From Clostridiales bacterium (lineage in GTDB: Bacteria > Bacillota > Clostridia > Oscillospirales > CAG-272): 64,000 bases of DNA. Under the pieces are notes generated by a model, which had not been told where the DNA came from, did not search any database, and saw nothing but the letters and a program-made list of their open reading frames with translations. Positions 62,712 through 64,000 of the stretch are shown here, one piece after another; within the stretch, counting starts at the first letter, position 1, and each line of letters begins with the position of its first letter. Location of the stretch: NCBI GenBank assembly GCA_012837425.1, contig DURE01000003.1:8486-72485 (forward strand), given 5' to 3'. Both the position numbers and the translations under genes were made by a program.

Positions 62712-63890
62712 TCAGAATTCCGCGCTTACTTTTATCGTCTGGAGGGTTTCCTCGGCATCGGCGGCAAGGGCGCTGAAGTTCAGTTTTTTTTCCTCGGCGA
62801 GCACCCGCGCTATGTGCGGGCGGGTTTTCGGATGCCGCGGCGTGAAAACCGTGCAGCAGTCCTCATACGGCAGAATTGAGGTGTCATACGTCCCGACTCT
62901 GCGGGCAAGTCTGATAATCTCCTCCTTGTCAAGCCCGACCAGCGGACGGAAGACCGGCAGCCCGGCCGCCGCGTCGGTGACCGCTATTGCCTGCAGGGTT
63001 TGGCTGGCCACCTGCCCGAGACTCTCCCCGGTGATAAGCGCGCCGCAGCCCCGCGACCCGGCAACTTTTGAGGCGATATGCATCATAAACCGGCGAAGCA
63101 GCAGCGTAAAATACTCCTCATTACAGGACCGTTTCAGTTCCTCCTGAATTTTCGTGAGCGATACCACATGCAGGTCAATATCCCCCGCCCAGCCGGCAAG
63201 AATGCCGGCCAGCGCAACTACCTTTTCCTTTGCGCGCTCGCTGGTGTAGGGAAAGGATTCAAAATGCAGTGCTTCAATAGCAACTCCGCGCTTTGCCAGC
63301 ATCCAGCCGGCCACCGGAGAGTCTATTCCCCCCGAGAGCAAAAGCAGGCCCCGGCCGTTGCTGCCCACCGGCAGGCCGCCGGCCCCCGGGAGCTGTCCGG
63401 CATGGATATATGCACCGAGCTCCCGCACCTCGACCCTGACAACTATCCCGGGCGTGTGGACGTCAACCGCAATATCCGGGCAGGCTGCGTGAAGAGCCCC
63501 ACCTACCAGCTTTGCTATTTCTATTGAATTGTAGGAAAAACTCTTGTCCGAGCGCTTGGCCTCAACCTTAAAGCTTCTCTTTCCGGCAAGGTATTTCGGG
63601 ATATATTCGATTGCCGTACCGATAATACTGTCCATATCCTTTGCTGTAACCGCCGCGCGGCTGACGGCTATGATGCCGAAAATCCGCTGTGTCGCCTCAA
63701 ACACCCCGCCAAGGTCGGCGCCCTCGTCCTTCGGCTCGATATAAATTGTACTCTGGGCGCGGTATACCTCAAAATTACCGTAAAAAGCGGCGCACTCCCT
63801 TATACGCCGGCAGAGCATATTCTCAAACCAGCCCCGGTTGGCGCCCTTGAGCACTATTTCGCCGTATTTACACAGAATTACTTCTTTCAT
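62712..63890 (-). CDS. thiI: tRNA 4-thiouridine synthase ThiI
   Basis: 392 aa. N-terminal ferredoxin-like/THUMP region (YGEIVLKGANR). PP-loop LLLSGGIDSPVAGW. Confidence 0.92.
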   Translation of the reverse strand: MKEVILCKYGEIVLKGANRGWFENMLCRRIRECAAFYGNFEVYRAQSTIYIEPKDEGADLGGVFEATQRIFGIIAVSRAAVTAKDMDSIIGTAIEYIPKYLAGKRSFKVEAKRSDKSFSYNSIEIAKLVGGALHAACPDIAVDVHTPGIVVRVEVRELGAYIHAGQLPGAGGLPVGSNGRGLLLLSGGIDSPVAGWMLAKRGVAIEALHFESFPYTSERAKEKVVALAGILAGWAGDIDLHVVSLTKIQEELKRSCNEEYFTLLLRRFMMHIASKVAGSRGCGALITGESLGQVASQTLQAIAVTDAAAGLPVFRPLVGLDKEEIIRLARRVGTYDTSILPYEDCCTVFTPRHPKTRPHIARVLAEEKKLNFSALAADAEETLQTIKVSAEF

Positions 63891-63910
63891 AGTTTCAAAT
63901 GCCGCCGCCC

Positions 63911-64000
63911 TCAGGCATTCTCAGAAGTGTCGTCGTTGCCGGCGCTGTCAGTGCCGGCCTCCTTGTCGGCATCAAGTGCCAGCAGCTCTGCGGCGACCTC
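63911..64000 (-). CDS. 3' end of an unidentified CDS running in from beyond the window
   Basis: Minus-strand frame open from 64000 to TGA at 63913-63911: ...EVAAELLALDADKEAGTDSAGNDDTSENA. Identity unknown. Confidence 0.35.
   Translation of the reverse strand, partial: EVAAELLALDADKEAGTDSAGNDDTSENA

Overview
The window reads as the replication-origin region of a high-GC Firmicutes (Clostridia-type) chromosome. This is based on gene content: remB, noc, spoVG, mreBCD and a YerC-type gene. All calls were made by eye from the sequence and the ORF track. Family names come from recognised motifs, not from any search, and no statistics were computed.

Core content, in order:
- gyrA (5' part, runs off the window), a PfkB-family kinase, a lipoprotein, gyrB, remB, recF, dnaN, a DnaA-box-rich spacer (candidate oriC) and dnaA.
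- A holin-like pair, an acyl-CoA ligase, dut, a BspA-type LRR surface protein, and maf-mreB-mreC-mreD-CPBP protease-PBP2.
- A GT4-CsaB fusion, a glutaminase-A-like hydrolase, a DUF975 protein, serS, parB, parA, three parS sites, noc, rsmG, mnmG and ahcY.
- An AraC regulator with a large lipoprotein, alr, and rpmG-secE-nusG-rplK-rplA.
- A 705-bp non-coding gap, then an accessory surface locus (FAD oxidoreductase, orphan solute-binding lipoprotein, GLUG protein, lipoprotein-MBL hydrolase).
- An AT-rich islet next to a five-tRNA operon (Val-Asp-Phe-Gly-Cys).
- An HTH-TM-PH protein, yerC, murC, spoVG, yfcE-like, dagK, four uncharacterised genes, a PRTase and thiI.

I found no CRISPR array, transposase, integrase or recognisable defence or toxin cassette.

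Observations most worth a second look:
1. A dispersed composite intergenic repeat family with about 8-9 copies.
2. A 19-bp palindrome, ACTCTACTnnnAGTAGAGT, present three times upstream of minus-strand genes.
3. A triple parS cluster, plus one near-consensus Noc-binding-site palindrome.
4. The AT-rich islet (XRE regulator divergent from a two-gene operon of unknown function) at the 3' flank of tRNA-Cys.
5. Two genes (mreB and the islet lipoprotein) whose proper N-termini need a -1 shift at a homopolymer that is followed directly by a stop codon.
6. The repeat- and hairpin-filled gap where rplJ-rplL would be expected.

None of these is demonstrated to be a new system. They are candidates, each with a stated check.
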